From NCBI GenBank assembly GCA_951406725.2, contig OX597825.1, forward strand, positions 54,808,001 to 54,872,000: DNA of 64,000 nucleotides. Reading direction: 5' to 3'. The DNA comes from Octopus vulgaris. Its lineage: Eukaryota. The translations under genes were made by a program, and so were the position numbers. The notes under the pieces are model-generated. The model ran no database searches. It saw nothing but the letters and a program-made list of their open reading frames with translations, and had not been told where the DNA came from. Positions 1 through 13,673 of the stretch are shown piece after piece (the first letter of the stretch is position 1; each line of letters opens with the position of its first letter).

Positions 1-702
1 CCTACGTTAATTTCTCATAACTTTCTTATAAACCTAGACAATAAACGTCATGACTTCCTCTAAGGTGGACATAATATAAATAGATATCCACTCAGTTCAT
101 AAACAAATATTCAACGTGCATGGTTTAAAAACTAACAAAATCAATATTTGTAAGAGTGACCAAAATCCTATATTCATATTCTTGGAGAAAGACGAATATA
201 TTACTAAAATTAATGATAAATCTAATTAATGACAATCACATTTTTAGAAAGATTATATCATCCAAAGAAAAGTGAAATTAAATAAACTAATTACAGCGTT
301 CAACGCACTAATGGGGTTTTTTGTTTGTTTTTTGTCTTGGATTCAAAGAGAATCCACTCTAGCACATATCTACGGAAGAATTAAATACACAAACAAAACA
401 ATTCGTCCTCCATCCATGATACTGTAAATAAATATACAAAGGCACAACAATTCATTTTACTGTCATCTGAGTTCTTTAAAATCACCAAATATACCAACGA
501 AGTTGACACTATATATCTGTTTACCAATATTCCATCGGCAGACATAACAGAAACCAAATTAAATAAAATATACATCTACGCTACATCTACGCAAGAATAA
601 AACTATCCACGATATCAGCTAGCATCCTAAAGAAATTATTTTTGCCCTGTACAAAAGAACTTTTCGTAGTTCACAGCACAAATATATGCAATTTTTCGTG
701 GC

Positions 703-743
<41 letters not shown>

Positions 744-1194
744 TTGTGTGTGTCTATGTGTGTGTGCGTGCGAATTACAAGTTTAGTATGTAATAAGCTC
801 TTAGGCACACGTTTAAACATGCAAATGAATGTATGTGTGAGCATGCAAAAAAATTACACACAGATCCTCACCCAGGGCAAATTTTACTAGGCGGTGCTCC
901 AGCATGACCGCAGTCAAATGACTGAAATAAATAAAAGAGAAAAGATAAAGATCTACATATGACTAGCAATGTATGAAAAGTGAAATTAAATAAACTAACA
1001 TTCATACAGAGAGACAGACAGACATAACTAATACTTGATGTTTAACTTCCAGTGAGAGAGAGAGAGAAAGAGCCTTGTTATTAGGTTAGAAACCGACTCT
1101 TCCTCCATTAGCTAGACATTTGAGAAATAAAACCTGAAATACAAACACATCAAGCTCTTCTCTCTGTTTACCTCGTTTATCTTTATCTGTAGTT

Positions 1195-1233
1195 TTATCA
1201 TCATCGTCATTATCATTATTATTATTATTATTA

Positions 1234-1310
<77 letters not shown>
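1195..1310. repeat. (TTA)n microsatellite, tail/target of an R4/Dong-type element
   Basis: Run of about 35 TTA units directly abutting the 3' end of the repeat at 1311-1446. Confidence 0.95.
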
Positions 1311-1311
<1 letters not shown>

Positions 1312-1446
1312 GTGAGTGAGAGAGCAGCACATGCCATCAATGTGATACTGGGATACAAATATACAAAGCCCAAAATACCCGTCATGACTACCTGTCTGAT
1401 AAAGTTTCACCAGACACGTGCATCACAACCATATGTGCGTGACATG
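1311..1446 (-). mobile_element. 3' terminus of TAA-associated retroelement (putative R4/Dong 3' UTR)
   Basis: Reverse complement aligns by eye with ~11296-11427 (..CATGTCGCGCACATATGGTTGTGATGC...CTGCTCTCTCACTC). On the minus strand it is followed by (TAA)n. Confidence 0.75.
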
Positions 1447-1513
1447 TGTACCTTATTCTATAGTCATTACGTATGTGTGCATCTTATTCTAATTCTAAGG
1501 GTTTTTTTAGAAA

Positions 1514-2372
1514 ATGAGCAAGATGTCTCCTTCAAGAAAGTGTTGCGTTAATTCTCCAAATGTGTTTTGTTACGTTTGTGGAAAATACAGATTATCTGAA
1601 AATCGTAAATAACACCACTGATTTTGTTGAAAGAGTATATATGGCGTATTTTGGGATCAAGCTGAGTGATAGTGTCTGCAAACAATGTACGGAACATTTG
1701 CGACAATGGAATAAAGAGACGAGGAAAAGTATGAGGTTTGCTATGCCAATGGTATGGCGGGAGCTCTATAATCACATGGATGACTGCTATTTTTGTAACC
1801 TAACTTTGAAGAGTATTAACCAAAAAAATTTACAAACGCTCTTCTATCCTAATCTTGCTTCTACTATGAGACCGGTCGCACACAGTAAAGAGCTTCCTGT
1901 TCCAGTCTTCAATGTCTTGCCTCAGACACCTTTACCCTCAACCAAAGAAGATTCATCACCTGAAGATGACATTAGAGATCAAGACTTTTCAGTTGAGACT
2001 TTGCCCCAGTTATTCTCCCAGTTAGAAACATCCCCCAAAATTCTGCAGAACAGTTGGCTTCCCGACTGAAAGTGGAGAATCTTCTAGAGAACTGTTCTCC
2101 GTATAACATTTTATCGAATTCGACATGAAGAGTTCCTTTCTTTCTTCACAAAAGAGGAAGAGCTGGTTTACCGCAAAGATGTTATTGGGCTTCTTAATAA
2201 GCCTGGCATTGAGGAATACAAACCAGAGGAATGGCGTCTTTTCATAGACACCTCTAAGCGTAGTCTAAAATGTGTATTTTTGCACAACGGAAATTTTTAT
2301 GGCTCTGTCCCACTTAGCCACTCAACAACTCCAAAGGAAAAATATGAAAAAATTAAGTTGGTTTTAGAGAGG
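1514..2372 (+). pseudogene. Chapaev3-like (CMC superfamily) DNA transposase, N-terminal half, frameshifted and truncated
   Basis: Manual translation gives CVNSPNVFCYVCG, then YMAYFGIKL..VCKQC..LRQW..MPMVWREL.NH.DDCYFC..YPNL.S..RPV.HS.ELPVPVF, then EEWRLFIDTSKRSLKCVFLHNGN.Y.SVPL.HS. These motifs are characteristic of Chapaev3 transposases. Stops and frameshifts are present. Confidence 0.8.
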
Positions 2373-3432
2373 AGGATTGTCGTCGTCTACTTTCTCGCCT
2401 TCGTTTGTAACTATCCATGAATCAAATGGATATGCAACATCAATTATCGAGTACAGGCATTTTACTTTGTCCACTACAACTAGGTCGGGGTTGTTGAGTT
2501 CAAGTGCCTGGTCCGTTTGAATTGGGAAATCATGGAGAATTCTGCGAGTATCCGACCCAATCACTCTCTGTGGTTTGCAGTCATACCATGCTTTACCGTT
2601 CTCTAACCCACACTTTTAACACAATTTCTAATGCAGAACTTTTGCTACCTCATCATATCGCCACAGCCTATAGTAGTTTTGGGTGTCAAGTAGATTCATT
2701 CACAATATGAACAATATTTCATCAAATCCATTCGACATCAAATCCATTCGACACAATAGAAACACTTGCTTATTTCTAAGGTTGACCCGCCAATTTGTGG
2801 CCAAAACTTGGTCTTGTGCTGCAAGGATAGTGCTCTCAGTCTTCTTTATAAGTGTTCCTTTTTCTAGTCAATGCCTTCTATGTTCTCCAGCAATTTCAGT
2901 TGTGGCTACATTGAATTGGTTGTGTAGTCTTTGTTGCATAATGCTTCTTCGTGTCGTTTTTGTACTTCTTATTTTGTTCTGTTTTTTTTCCTGCTTTCAG
3001 TATTCCCTCATCTTTAACTACAACAAACAAGCTTTCCTCGCTTTGGGTTAGATATCTCAGCAAGTTCTCATGTTCAATAAGCACGCAGTATTCCACACTT
3101 ATCAGTCCCCTTCCTTTAATTGCTCTCTTCATGTATTGATGATCAATGTCTGCATGTTGATGATGGGCTCCATTCATGGCCAGGAGCTTTTTTGTCTTCC
3201 TGTCCAACGCCTTTAACTCGTCATCTGATCATGTCAGAATTCCAGCTCGATAACGAACCACTGCAACTGCACGTAAGTTTATTGCCGAAGCTATGTTTCC
3301 GGTTTCAACTTTGATTCCAATATCTTTCTCAGCTGTCACAGATATTCTTTCTTTGTATTTTCTTTTGTATCATCATGCTTAATTCAATCTGCCTCGAGAA
3401 TTCCCAGGTACTTATATCCGGATTCAGATTTA
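2373..3432 (-). mobile_element. R4/Dong-clade non-LTR retrotransposon fragment (end of RT, CCHC knuckle, restriction-like endonuclease), degraded
   Basis: Minus-strand translation: GYKYLGILEAD; RKILESKL..NI.SAINLRAVAVVRY; LDRKTKKLLAMNGAHH..ADID..Y.KR..KGRGLISVE; TE.TILAAQDQVLATN; LCRM; IL.DFPIQTD....NNPDLVVVDK....IIDVA.PFD....EK (PD..D-type REL). Confidence 0.85.
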
Positions 3433-3577
<145 letters not shown>

Positions 3578-3770
3578 TCGGTGAGCTGGCAGAATCGTTA
3601 GCACGTCAAACGAAATGTCCAAAGGCATCTCGTTCATCTTCACGTTCTGAGTTCAAATTCCGCCGGAGTCGACTTTACCTTTCATCCTTTCGGAGTCGAT
3701 AAAACGAGTGCCAGTTGAACACTGGGGTCGATGTACCAAATTGCAGGCCTTGTACCAATTTTTGAAACCA
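3578..3770 (+). mobile_element. tRNA-derived SINE, family C (GGCGGTGAGCTGGCAGAATCGTTAGCACG...)
   Basis: A-box-like TGGCAGAATCG and B-box GAGTTCAAATTCC. Homologous copies at 25149, 34934, 63665 and (minus) 10310-10830. Confidence 0.8.
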
Positions 3771-4185
3771 TTATCATCATCATCATCATCATCTTCATCA
3801 TTATTTATCTACTCATAGCATTTTACTAACTCAAATACAACTATCACGTTCTATCTAAACCGAGTTTTGCCCTTGTGTTCTATCGTACCTTCACGAAACT
3901 TTATATCCGCCATTTATATTCCATCACCGTTATTCAACAAGAGTGCAACTAAAAAACTTGTTCTTATGATTTTCCTTCTTCTTTCTTATTTATTATTTTT
4001 TCTTTTTTATTAATTTAGGATTTTACAACAAAACTTTCTATTCACTTTTATTCATTTACGTTTCAAAGTATTTACCCGTTAACATCCATCACCCATGTTC
4101 TTCACGCATGAATTTACGATTTCTTGCTCCTGCCTATTCTGTCGTTTGCTTATTCATTTATTTATTTATTATATTATCCACGTAA

Positions 4186-4518
4186 GGCGCATGGCTCCGT
4201 GGTTAGAGCGTCGAGCTTACTATCGTGAGGTTGTGAGCTCGAATCCCGGACCGGGTTGCGTGTTGTGTTCTTGAGCAAGACACTTTATTTCACGTTGCTC
4301 CATTTCACTCATCTGTAGAAATGAGTTGCGACGTCACTGGTGCTAAGCTGTATCGGTCTTTGCCTTTCCATTGGATAACACTGGTGGCGTGGAGAGGGGA
4401 GGCTGGTATGCATGGCTGACTGCTGGTCTTCCATAAACAACCTTGCCCGGACTTGTGCCTCGGAGGGTAACTTTCTAGGTGCAATCCCATAGTCAGTGTC
4501 GTGACCGAAGGGGGTCTC
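4186..4518 (+). mobile_element. tRNA-derived SINE, family B
   Basis: tRNA-like head GGCGCATGGCTCCGTGGTTAGAGC...GAGCTCGAATCCC and central TTCTTGAGCAAGACACTT motif. Inverted homolog at 16814-17133. Confidence 0.85.
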
Positions 4519-4869
4519 AGAATATTATCCATATTCCTGGCTATTTTCGTTCGAACCATGCATTCTCTTAAGAAAACATATTTTTATATGTTCATACTTT
4601 CCATCTACTCATTGCTTCAATCTTTTACTCATTTGAATTAATTATTTAAGTAGTTAAAGAACTGAAATTAATTTAGTTGTAGATATATTTATTTATTAGA
4701 TGAAAAAATGCTTGATATTACCTAACAACCTTGTGTTTGGCTCCTACGTTAAATATATGCTTCAGTTTTATTCATTTCATCAGACGAATCGAAGAGACAA
4801 AATTCCCAATGACCGATAGATATGCAGCTGTTGGCCACGAGGAAATCGATACATAATTGACTGCGACAG

Positions 4870-5740
4870 TGGAATCAGTTAGTTCAGATAGTTTTATCTC
4901 AATCGAACCATTTAGTTTTGTATTAATCGAATATTTTTTTATCAGTCGAATCAGTTAGTTTTCTATCAATCGAATCAGTCAGTTTCGTGTCATCTGAGTC
5001 ATTTAGTTTTGCATAAATTGAAATCAATTTTCTATATCAATCGAATCAATTAATTTTTTATGAGGTTATTCAGTCAATTTTGTGTCACTTGAATCAATAT
5101 TTTTTTTGTTTCAATCTAACCATTTAGTTTTCTATCAATCAAATGATTTAATCAATCGAATCATTTAGCTTTGTGTAAAGTGAATCAATTTACTTTGTAT
5201 TAATCAGATCATTCAGTTTTGTATCAATCGAATCAGTTAGTTTCGTATCAATCTAATCATTTAGTTTCGTATGAATCGAATCAGTTTTCGATCAAACGAA
5301 TCAGGTTTCTATCAATCGAATCATTCAGTTTTGTATCAGTTGAAGCATTTACTTTTGTACCAATCAAATCATTCAGTTTTGTGTCAATCAAATCATTCAG
5401 TTTTGTATCAATCGAATCAGTCAGTTTTGCAACAATCAAGTCATTTAGTTATTGTATCAATCGAATCATTCAGTTTTGTATCAATTGAAACATTTAGTTT
5501 TGTATCGAACGATTCAGTTACTTTTACATCAATCGTATCAATTTGCTTTGTATCACTCGAATCATAATTTTTGTATCATTCAAATCATTCAGTTTTGTAT
5601 CAATTGAATCGTTTTGTTTCATTTCGTTCGAATCATTTAGCTTTGTGCTAATCTAATCTGTTAGTTTTGCATCAATCAAATCAGTTTTGTATTAGTCAAA
5701 TCAATTAGATTTTTTTATCAATCGAATGATTTAATTTTCG
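4870..5740. repeat. Diverged 24-bp minisatellite, consensus ATCAATCGAATCATTCAGTTTTGT, about 35 copies
   Basis: Periodicity is visible directly and gives the 8-aa repeats (YQSNHSVL / SIESFSFV) in the ORF track. Confidence 0.9.
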
Positions 5741-5770
5741 TTTGTTTATTTGTTTTTTCTTTCATTTTTT

Positions 5771-5972
5771 CTTTTACTTGTTTCAGTCATTTGACTGCGG
5801 CCATGCTGGAACACCGCCTTTAGTCGAACAAATCGACACCAGGTCTTATTCTTTGTAAGTCTAGTACTTATTCTATCACTCTTCTTTTGCTAAGCCTCTA
5901 AATTACGGGGACATAAACACACCAACATTGGTTGTCAAGCGATGGTGGGCGGATAAACACAGACACATAAAC

Positions 5973-6036
<64 letters not shown>

Positions 6037-6195
6037 GACGGACTTCTTGCAGTTTCTGTTTGCCAAATCCACTCACAAGGCTTTAGTCGGCCCGAGGCTA
6101 TAATAGAAGACACTTGTTCAAGATGCCACGCAGTGGGACTGAACCCGAAACCATGTGGTTGGGAAGCAAGCGTCTTACCACACTACAACGCCTGC
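5771..6195 (-). mobile_element. tRNA-derived SINE, family A, with internal (TA)n
   Basis: Reverse complement of 6962-7427 and 36846-37330: same head, internal microsatellite slot and ..GCTCCAGCATGGCCGCAGTCAAATGACTGAAACAAGTAAAAG tail. Confidence 0.9.
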
Positions 6196-6961
6196 AACTG
6201 TATTTTTGTTTTTTTGTATTTTTCACCCGGGTTAACTATTGACTATCCAGGCATTTGAGTGCTCGAATTAAATTCTGAAAGACATTAGCAATATTGCAAT
6301 AAAATTCACTTTAACTCAACGAAATGTATCTTGTCTTATTCGAAATGCAAAAATCTAAAGGGGCACGGCGAATGATTGTAAGGAATAATGAATAATTTAG
6401 AACTACGTTTGTTTCTAGAGGTAACTTTCACGACAAAGCAATCGACCGTGGCAGGGACTTTAACTTTCTCCAATATGGCGGGATTATAAAAGAGACAAAA
6501 CCATCTGCATAGTAACGTGAATTTTTATCGTGTGTGATTGTCTACGTGTGCTTGGGCGTGTATTCACCATAGTGATATGAAACCTATGCTTGACTTTAAA
6601 AATGTGTTTGTATGTGAATTATGTGTGTGTATATGTGTATGCACGTGTACATGTGTGCGTGTACGTGTACATGCGTTGTATTCTATGTGTGTTTTTAAGT
6701 GCGTGTGTGTAAGTTTATTTGCTAATGAATGCGTTCTGTACTGTAGTGAGGCAAAAATGTGAGTACATTTATATATGTATATAAGTGTGTGCATATATGC
6801 ATAAACGTGTGTGTGCAGGCATATGAATGCGTATATGTATGTGGATATGTATGTGTGCATATGAGAAAGAAAGAAAGAAAGAAAGAAAAAGAAGGAAAGA
6901 AAAAGAAAGACAGAGAACTTACACAATTGTTTATATGCTTTAAAGTAATTTTCCATTCATA

Positions 6962-7118
6962 TAGTGGCTGTGTGGTAAGTAGCTTGCTTACCAACCACAT
7001 GGTTTCTGGGTTCAGTCCCACTGCGTGGCACCTTGGGCAAGTGTCTTCTACTATAGCCTCGGGCCGACCAAAACCTTGTGAGTGGATCTGGTAGACGGAA
7101 ACTGAAAGAAGCTCGTCG

Positions 7119-7179
<61 letters not shown>

Positions 7180-7427
7180 CTGTGTGTGTGTATGTATGTA
7201 TGTATGTATGTATGTATGTATGTATGTATATGTTTGTGTGTCTGTGTTTGTCCACCTAACATTGCTTGACAACCGATGCTGGTGTGTTTATGTCCCCGTA
7301 ACTAGAGACCGATAGAATAAGTAGTAGGTTTACAAAGAATAAGTCCTGGGGTCGTTTTGCTCGACTAAAAGCGGTGCTCCAGCATGGCCGCGGTCAAATA
7401 ACTGTAAAAAGTAAAAGAATAAAAGAG
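6962..7427 (+). mobile_element. tRNA-derived SINE, family A, with internal (TA)n(TG)n(TATG)n
   Basis: TGGCTGTGTGGTAAG A box, GGGTTCAGTCCC B box, CCTTGGGCAAGTGTCTT core and shared tail. Confidence 0.9.
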
Positions 7428-7691
7428 TCAAAGAATTCTGAGATCAAATCACACCGGGCAAACAAAACATACTGTGCCAGTCGAATACTGGGGTTGATTT
7501 CTGACATTCTCTCTTAGGACAAGGGAACGTGGGGTCCCACTTACAGTAAGGATTACTCCCAACAGAACCACACCCATTTTATCGCAATAGATAGAAATGG
7601 GCGCCGAGGACCCGACTGAGTATGACACATGAGGACAATACGTGTGTTGCGGCTTCGTACACACACGCACATGCACGCATATGTGCACACT

Positions 7692-7722
<31 letters not shown>

Positions 7723-8579
7723 GTAACTGTTTATATTTTATGTATGCATGCGTGTGTGTACACATAGATATGCTGTATATGCATATATATTGCTCTCTCC
7801 CTCAGTGTCTGTCTGTCTCTGTCTCTCTCTGTCTCTCTCGCTCTCTGTATACGCACACACACACACATATATATATAAACATGTGTGTGTGTGTGGTCAT
7901 GTGCACATGTGTGTGCATTGTAGCTGTATTGTGTTGTACAGTTCTATGCATTATCATTCACAGAACGCAAAAAAAAAATTACATCTTTCATACGATGGAA
8001 TAGTAAATATCAGTTTATAAAGCTAGATAAAACAACATTATCTTCCTTTCTCAACTACAACATCTGCCATTATTCCTACAAAAGTGAAAATATACTTTAA
8101 ACACTTTTAATGTCGCTTTTCTCAAACAACAGAATTGTTTCCACTCAACCAAATATACATTTTTTTCTTTCTCTAATTCTTTTCGTATTCTTGCTTTTTT
8201 ACTCTTCTGTTTAGAAATCTTTCCATTTATTTCCTTCACATTTCCTGTTTATACGTAACCAATCCTGCATGTGTATGTACGTAAGTATGAATGTATGCAT
8301 GTATGTATATACATACATACATATGCGTATATGTTTACACATATATATATATATATATGTATATATATACGTATATGTACACATATATATACTTATATGC
8401 ATACATATATATACACATATACATATAAATATATATATATGTATGTAATGTATGTTTTTAATAGTGTGTGTATGTCACAGTGCATTTGTGTATATGTATG
8501 TTTTAGTTCGCTTTCAATGTTTCAATATTCATATATATTTTTTCAATGAGTTGTACGAGTTCCAAACTTTGCGTAAATG

Positions 8580-8615
<36 letters not shown>

Positions 8616-8849
8616 TGTATGTGTGTATGTATTTTTGTACGTGAGTATGCATACATATATATATATATATATATGTGCATATGTGTGTATGTATGTACGT
8701 ATGTATGCATATATATATATACACGTATATACATATATATATATATTATACATGCACACGTACATTTATATTTATACGTACGCATGTATGTATGCATTAT
8801 ATATATATGTATGTAAGTGTATGCGTGTATATGTGTGCATGTGTGTGTT

Positions 8850-8939
<90 letters not shown>

Positions 8940-8942
<3 letters not shown>

Positions 8943-9812
8943 AGGGTGCAGTGAATAAACTGTCGTCTAAATTATGCAAAAATGAAAATAACACTGACAT
9001 CTCAATTTAACAAATATATTTGCCAAAATTACATAGAAATATCTTGAAATGGTAAAGAGTAAATTCATTTAATAAAATCGCCATTGGCTTCAATCACGGC
9101 CTCCAGACGACTTCAGGACTTCTGCTATTCTTCTGGATTGTTTTCTTGTTTAAGTTGATGAATGCTACCATAATCCTTGCCTTCAGATCATATTTGGTGT
9201 TTCAAGGAGTTTTGTTGGATCTCACTCAACTGTGCCCCCACACATAATAAATAAAGGGAGTTGCAATCTGGGAAGGTAGGCGGCCAGATGTTAGGGGTGA
9301 TGTAGTTGCAGAAATTGTCTGACAGCCATGACTGGATTCTCCTGTTTGTGTGGCATGGTGCAGAGTCCTGTTGACAGACATAGGGTCTTCCAGCAGCCAC
9401 CCTCTTGACCAAGCAGCATTATGTCCTCCAGGCACTTGTTGTAGGCCTCCATGCTGAGTGTAAGGATGTGTGGGAAGATGAATGTAAGCATAACGTCGCT
9501 ATCAGTAGTGATCACTTCATATATCATGATGTTGACTGGATATTTGATTTTTATCACTCTTAGCACATGTCCTCAGATTGACACCCAAACATTCAGAAAT
9601 GTTCATATTGGAGCTTCCGGCATGAATGCCAAGCAGAACAGCATGTGGTTTCCAAATTTCTGACAGAGTGAATTGCGTCATGGTGTTGTTTTTCTCACAA
9701 ACGGTGCCCAACTGACTCTACAATACTGTGTAATCGACAAAATCAAAAAGAAACAATGCACAAGCGCAAAGTTAAAAAATAAAATGTCAACAATTTACCA
9801 ATCGCACACTTA
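8940..9812 (-). mobile_element. IS630-Tc1-mariner transposon remnant, DD37D (maT)-like, internally deleted
   Basis: Minus-strand peptide GRPYV.QQDSAPCHT.RR.QSWLSDNF....PNIWPP..PDCN.L, with ~37 residues from the second D to the position of the third catalytic residue. Degenerate TIRs: TA|CAGGGTGC.. at 8940 and ..CAATTTACCAATCGCACAC at ~9810. Confidence 0.8.
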
Positions 9813-10309
9813 TATATAGTGTGTGTGTGTGTGTGTGTGTGTGTTTACATAAATATATATATGTATAATATACGTATATGTGTGTGCCCGCGCGTATATA
9901 TACATAATGCACATAAGTATGTTTGTGCACTACATATATACACGTTCATACATATATACATGTACATTATATATATACGTACAGATATATATATATATAC
10001 ATATACATTATATATATATATGCACACATACATACATACAGATATATATATACACATATATGAACAAATATAGAGACATTCATTCATACATACATACATG
10101 AATACCTACATACATACATACATACATACATACATACATACATACATACATACATACATACATACATACATACATACATACTTATATATATGTTTAACGT
10201 TTATATACATAACTTAAAGGAGATGATTCAATCAAGACAATCTAAACTATTTATAACATTTGACATAATTATTATAAGAACAATTAGCAACTTCATACCA
10301 ATATGCGCA

Positions 10310-10830
10310 AGGCCTGATATTTTTGTGGAGAGGGGTTAATCGCTTATATCGACCCCAGTACTCAAGTTGTACTTATTTTATCGAGTCAGGAATAATAAAA
10401 GGCTAAGTCGACCCCGATAGCATTTGAACTTAGAATATAAAGAACCGGAAGAAATGTCACTAGTCAACTTGTCCGATGTTCTAACGATTATATCAGCTAA
10501 CAGCCTTTAATAATGGTTCTGATTAATTACAGCGCTAGCAATTTTGAGAGGAGGTGCTAATTGATACCCTCGACTCTATTTCTCATACTGTATTTAATCG
10601 ACCTCGAAAAGATGTAAGTCGAAGTCAACCTCGGATAAATAAGTAAGAATAACAACAATGATAATAGGCTCAAATTTTGGCACAGAGTCACGATTTTTTT
10701 AGGGGCTTTGGGGTTAGTCGATTACATCAATCCCAGTATCCCGGCAGAATTTTAACACAGAACGTAGAGAGAGACGAAATATCGCTAAGCGTTTTTCGCG
10801 GCGTGCTGACGATTCTACCAGCTCGCCGCT
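10310..10830 (-). mobile_element. Cluster of decayed family C SINE fragments
   Basis: Reverse-complement matches to the 25149 copy (GACCCCAGT..GTACTTATTTTATCGA..AAAGGC.AAGTCGACC; CTGACGATTCTACCAGCTCGCCGC). Confidence 0.7.
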
Positions 10831-10835
10831 TCTTC

Positions 10836-10870
<35 letters not shown>

Positions 10871-10871
<1 letters not shown>

Positions 10872-11427
10872 GCCCTGATGCAGTACCAGGCAGTGGCTCT
10901 CATGGCTTCTGATCTTAACTGATTGGAAGTGTTATCATGTACATTGTTTTGTCTTGGTATAAAAGATGGGCTACAACAAATATTCTGCTCAATACCACAG
11001 ATTTGCTTGTCAGTTGTTTGACCTTAACCAGTTGAGCATGTCCCTTAGTGGCTGACGATATGTGCATCTCTGATCACGAGCAGAAGTAGTGGGGGAGCAT
11101 CATAGCCATATGTGTTGAGAGGGATTCTTTGGGGCTTGAATAGTTCACCTCTGGAAACATGGGTGGTTCTTTCAACATCCTTAAACAACCCTTATTCAGG
11201 GACCGTTTGAGCGGGATGGGCTACTCAACCTGAAGAAAATTCTAACTGGGCCCCATCTGCAAGTTCTTGTGCTGTTTATCTTGATATGAGATCACCATGT
11301 CGCGCACATATGGTTGTGATGCATGTGCCTGGTGTACCTTTATCAGACGGGTAGTCATGATGGGTATATTGGGCTTCGTATATTTTACCCCAGTGTCACT
11401 TTGATGGCATGAACTGCTCTCTCACTC
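10871..11427 (+). mobile_element. ~560-bp retroelement 3' region inserted in (TAA)n (putative 5'-truncated R4/Dong copy)
   Basis: Flanked by (TAA)n on both sides (10836-10870, 11428-11466). Partial inverted homologs at 1311-1446 and 45648-45812. Confidence 0.75.
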
Positions 11428-11466
<39 letters not shown>

Positions 11467-11732
11467 CCTGTCAATTATAGGCACAAGACCTATAATAGAA
11501 TGGCCTATAATAGGAATGAATGTTGCTAAAAATTTTGTCGTCTGGCACGGTAACGATTTTGCCATCTCTAATAATAATAATTTCTTTTATTGATACAATG
11601 GAGAAAGCGAATTTTAAATTGATATTACGATCGTTTCAGTAAACGAACAATTTTTTAATTCTATCTCACATATATAGATTTGTAGTAAATACAATGTATG
11701 TAACATATACAATACAATGAAATAAAATTATC

Positions 11733-11798
<66 letters not shown>

Positions 11799-13354
11799 TT
11801 CAAAGTTCAAAACATATACTAACTCTTACTTATGACGCCCCAAATTAGCATCCTCACCTTTGACATTTCGATGAAATGTTACTGTTAGTGTCTTGATGGT
11901 ACTGCCAGTTGTGGCCGGTGAAGTGGGTAGTTTTGGTTATCAGCTTCTGGTACTGAAGACGAAGTGATCTTATCCACTATTTCTGATACTTCGACCAGTG
12001 ATGTTATGACAAATGTAGTTCTTGGTGGGTTGCTGTTAGTTATTGTATCTTGACGTTCCATCATTGTTTACTACCAAGGTCAGGTTTGTTCCAGGAATCT
12101 ATGATAAAAATGGTTCTAACCATGACCAGTCAGTGTTTTTACAGATTCAGTGCATCGAGGACTACATTACCCAGCGGGAACTATTTTTTAATAACTTCCG
12201 TGAAATTTGGCTGCCATTTTAAAAGGCTTGAATGACTACGCATAGGTTTTCTTCTATAAATACTAGTCATATATTAGTGTTCATATCAACTTTAATATCA
12301 ACTTTCCTATTCAATCAATAGTTTTAGCTTTGTACCCAGCTCAACAGCCATTATCACACTTCCTGCTTTCTCGATTCTATCTGCTCACTACCGTTGTTTC
12401 TGTATTTCGCCCTTGAAATGTTCTCTCATCCATTTCCCTTGTGGAAAAATATAAAAACAAAACAAAGGATAAATATTGAGATGATAATAAATGATGTGGT
12501 GGGTGAAATTGGTTGGGCCGGAGCCAAAATAGCTTTGGCATGCAATAAAGTTTCGATGTTTTGTGTTCAGATTGGGCAGAATCTGTAGATCGGTAGACAA
12601 GTTATCTTGTGTTTAGTTATCTTCCGTTACGTAAAACCGGCTCGGTTAAGATGCTCCGTTTAATTGCATGGAATGTATTTTCTGATTTCAAGGGAGGAAA
12701 ATGGTGAAATGCAGCATCAAATTTAAGTATTATTCGTTTTCATATGAATAAAGTGAGTCTGGAAGATTCCATTTTCTGATGAGTTAACATGACATTCGTC
12801 AGTTCTTCATGTTTGCAAATGCTTTCATATTATTCTTAACATTTCAATGAATTAAAGTCTATTGAAGTTCCGATTCAAGTGCATTTTTATTTTACTTTTA
12901 ATTGTATAATAAATTTATTCAATAAACAAATCTTTGTTGCAGATAAAATTTCTAAAAGTATACTCTTCTATCAAGAAGTGAATGGGTGTTATATTGTTCT
13001 TTTTCTTATCCTTGTCAACTACGTAAGTCTGTGGTTAACCCAGTTAAAGATTTTTCTGTTCTTACATGGTTCTAGTTGTTTCGATTGGTTAATTCAAAGT
13101 ATCTGAAAGTTACTGTCAAAATATGTGAATCTGGTTAAGCATGAGTAATTGAAGAATATGAAACAAAATTTTAAAATATCACAGGAGATAAGTCAATCTA
13201 TTGGAATGTTAATACACATCAAATAAAAACAAATTTGAACTGAGTAAAATGTAAATTGTATGTACACAAAAGTACACTCTTAGTAAAAAGAAACCTTATT
13301 CATACTTTGTTATATATTCCAAATATACATTCATACACACACACATATATATAC

Positions 13355-13397
<43 letters not shown>

Positions 13398-13416
13398 CAT
13401 ACATATATACATATAT

Positions 13417-13537
<121 letters not shown>

Positions 13538-13673
13538 ATGGAGTCGAACGACGATTTAACAAAATTCCTTTATTCTCGACATCGCTTAGGCATTGTGAGA
13601 CTAATAATCTGCGATATTATGTAAATAGAGGAATTTATCTGTAAATATAATGTGACAATTATTCGGTAGCCAT

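Noticed and set aside
4186-4262. Possible tRNA gene (and similar heads at 18271, 36846, 41830)
   Set aside because: The tRNA-like A/B boxes run straight into repeated SINE bodies, and no complete cloverleaf or terminator is evident.
5219-5567. 8-aa repeat protein ORFs
   Set aside because: By-product of the 24-bp minisatellite. Frames break on both sides and there is no splice or start context.
11800-13200. Possible retroelement coding remnant on the minus strand
   Set aside because: Composition suggests old TE sequence, but no diagnostic motif could be read with confidence.
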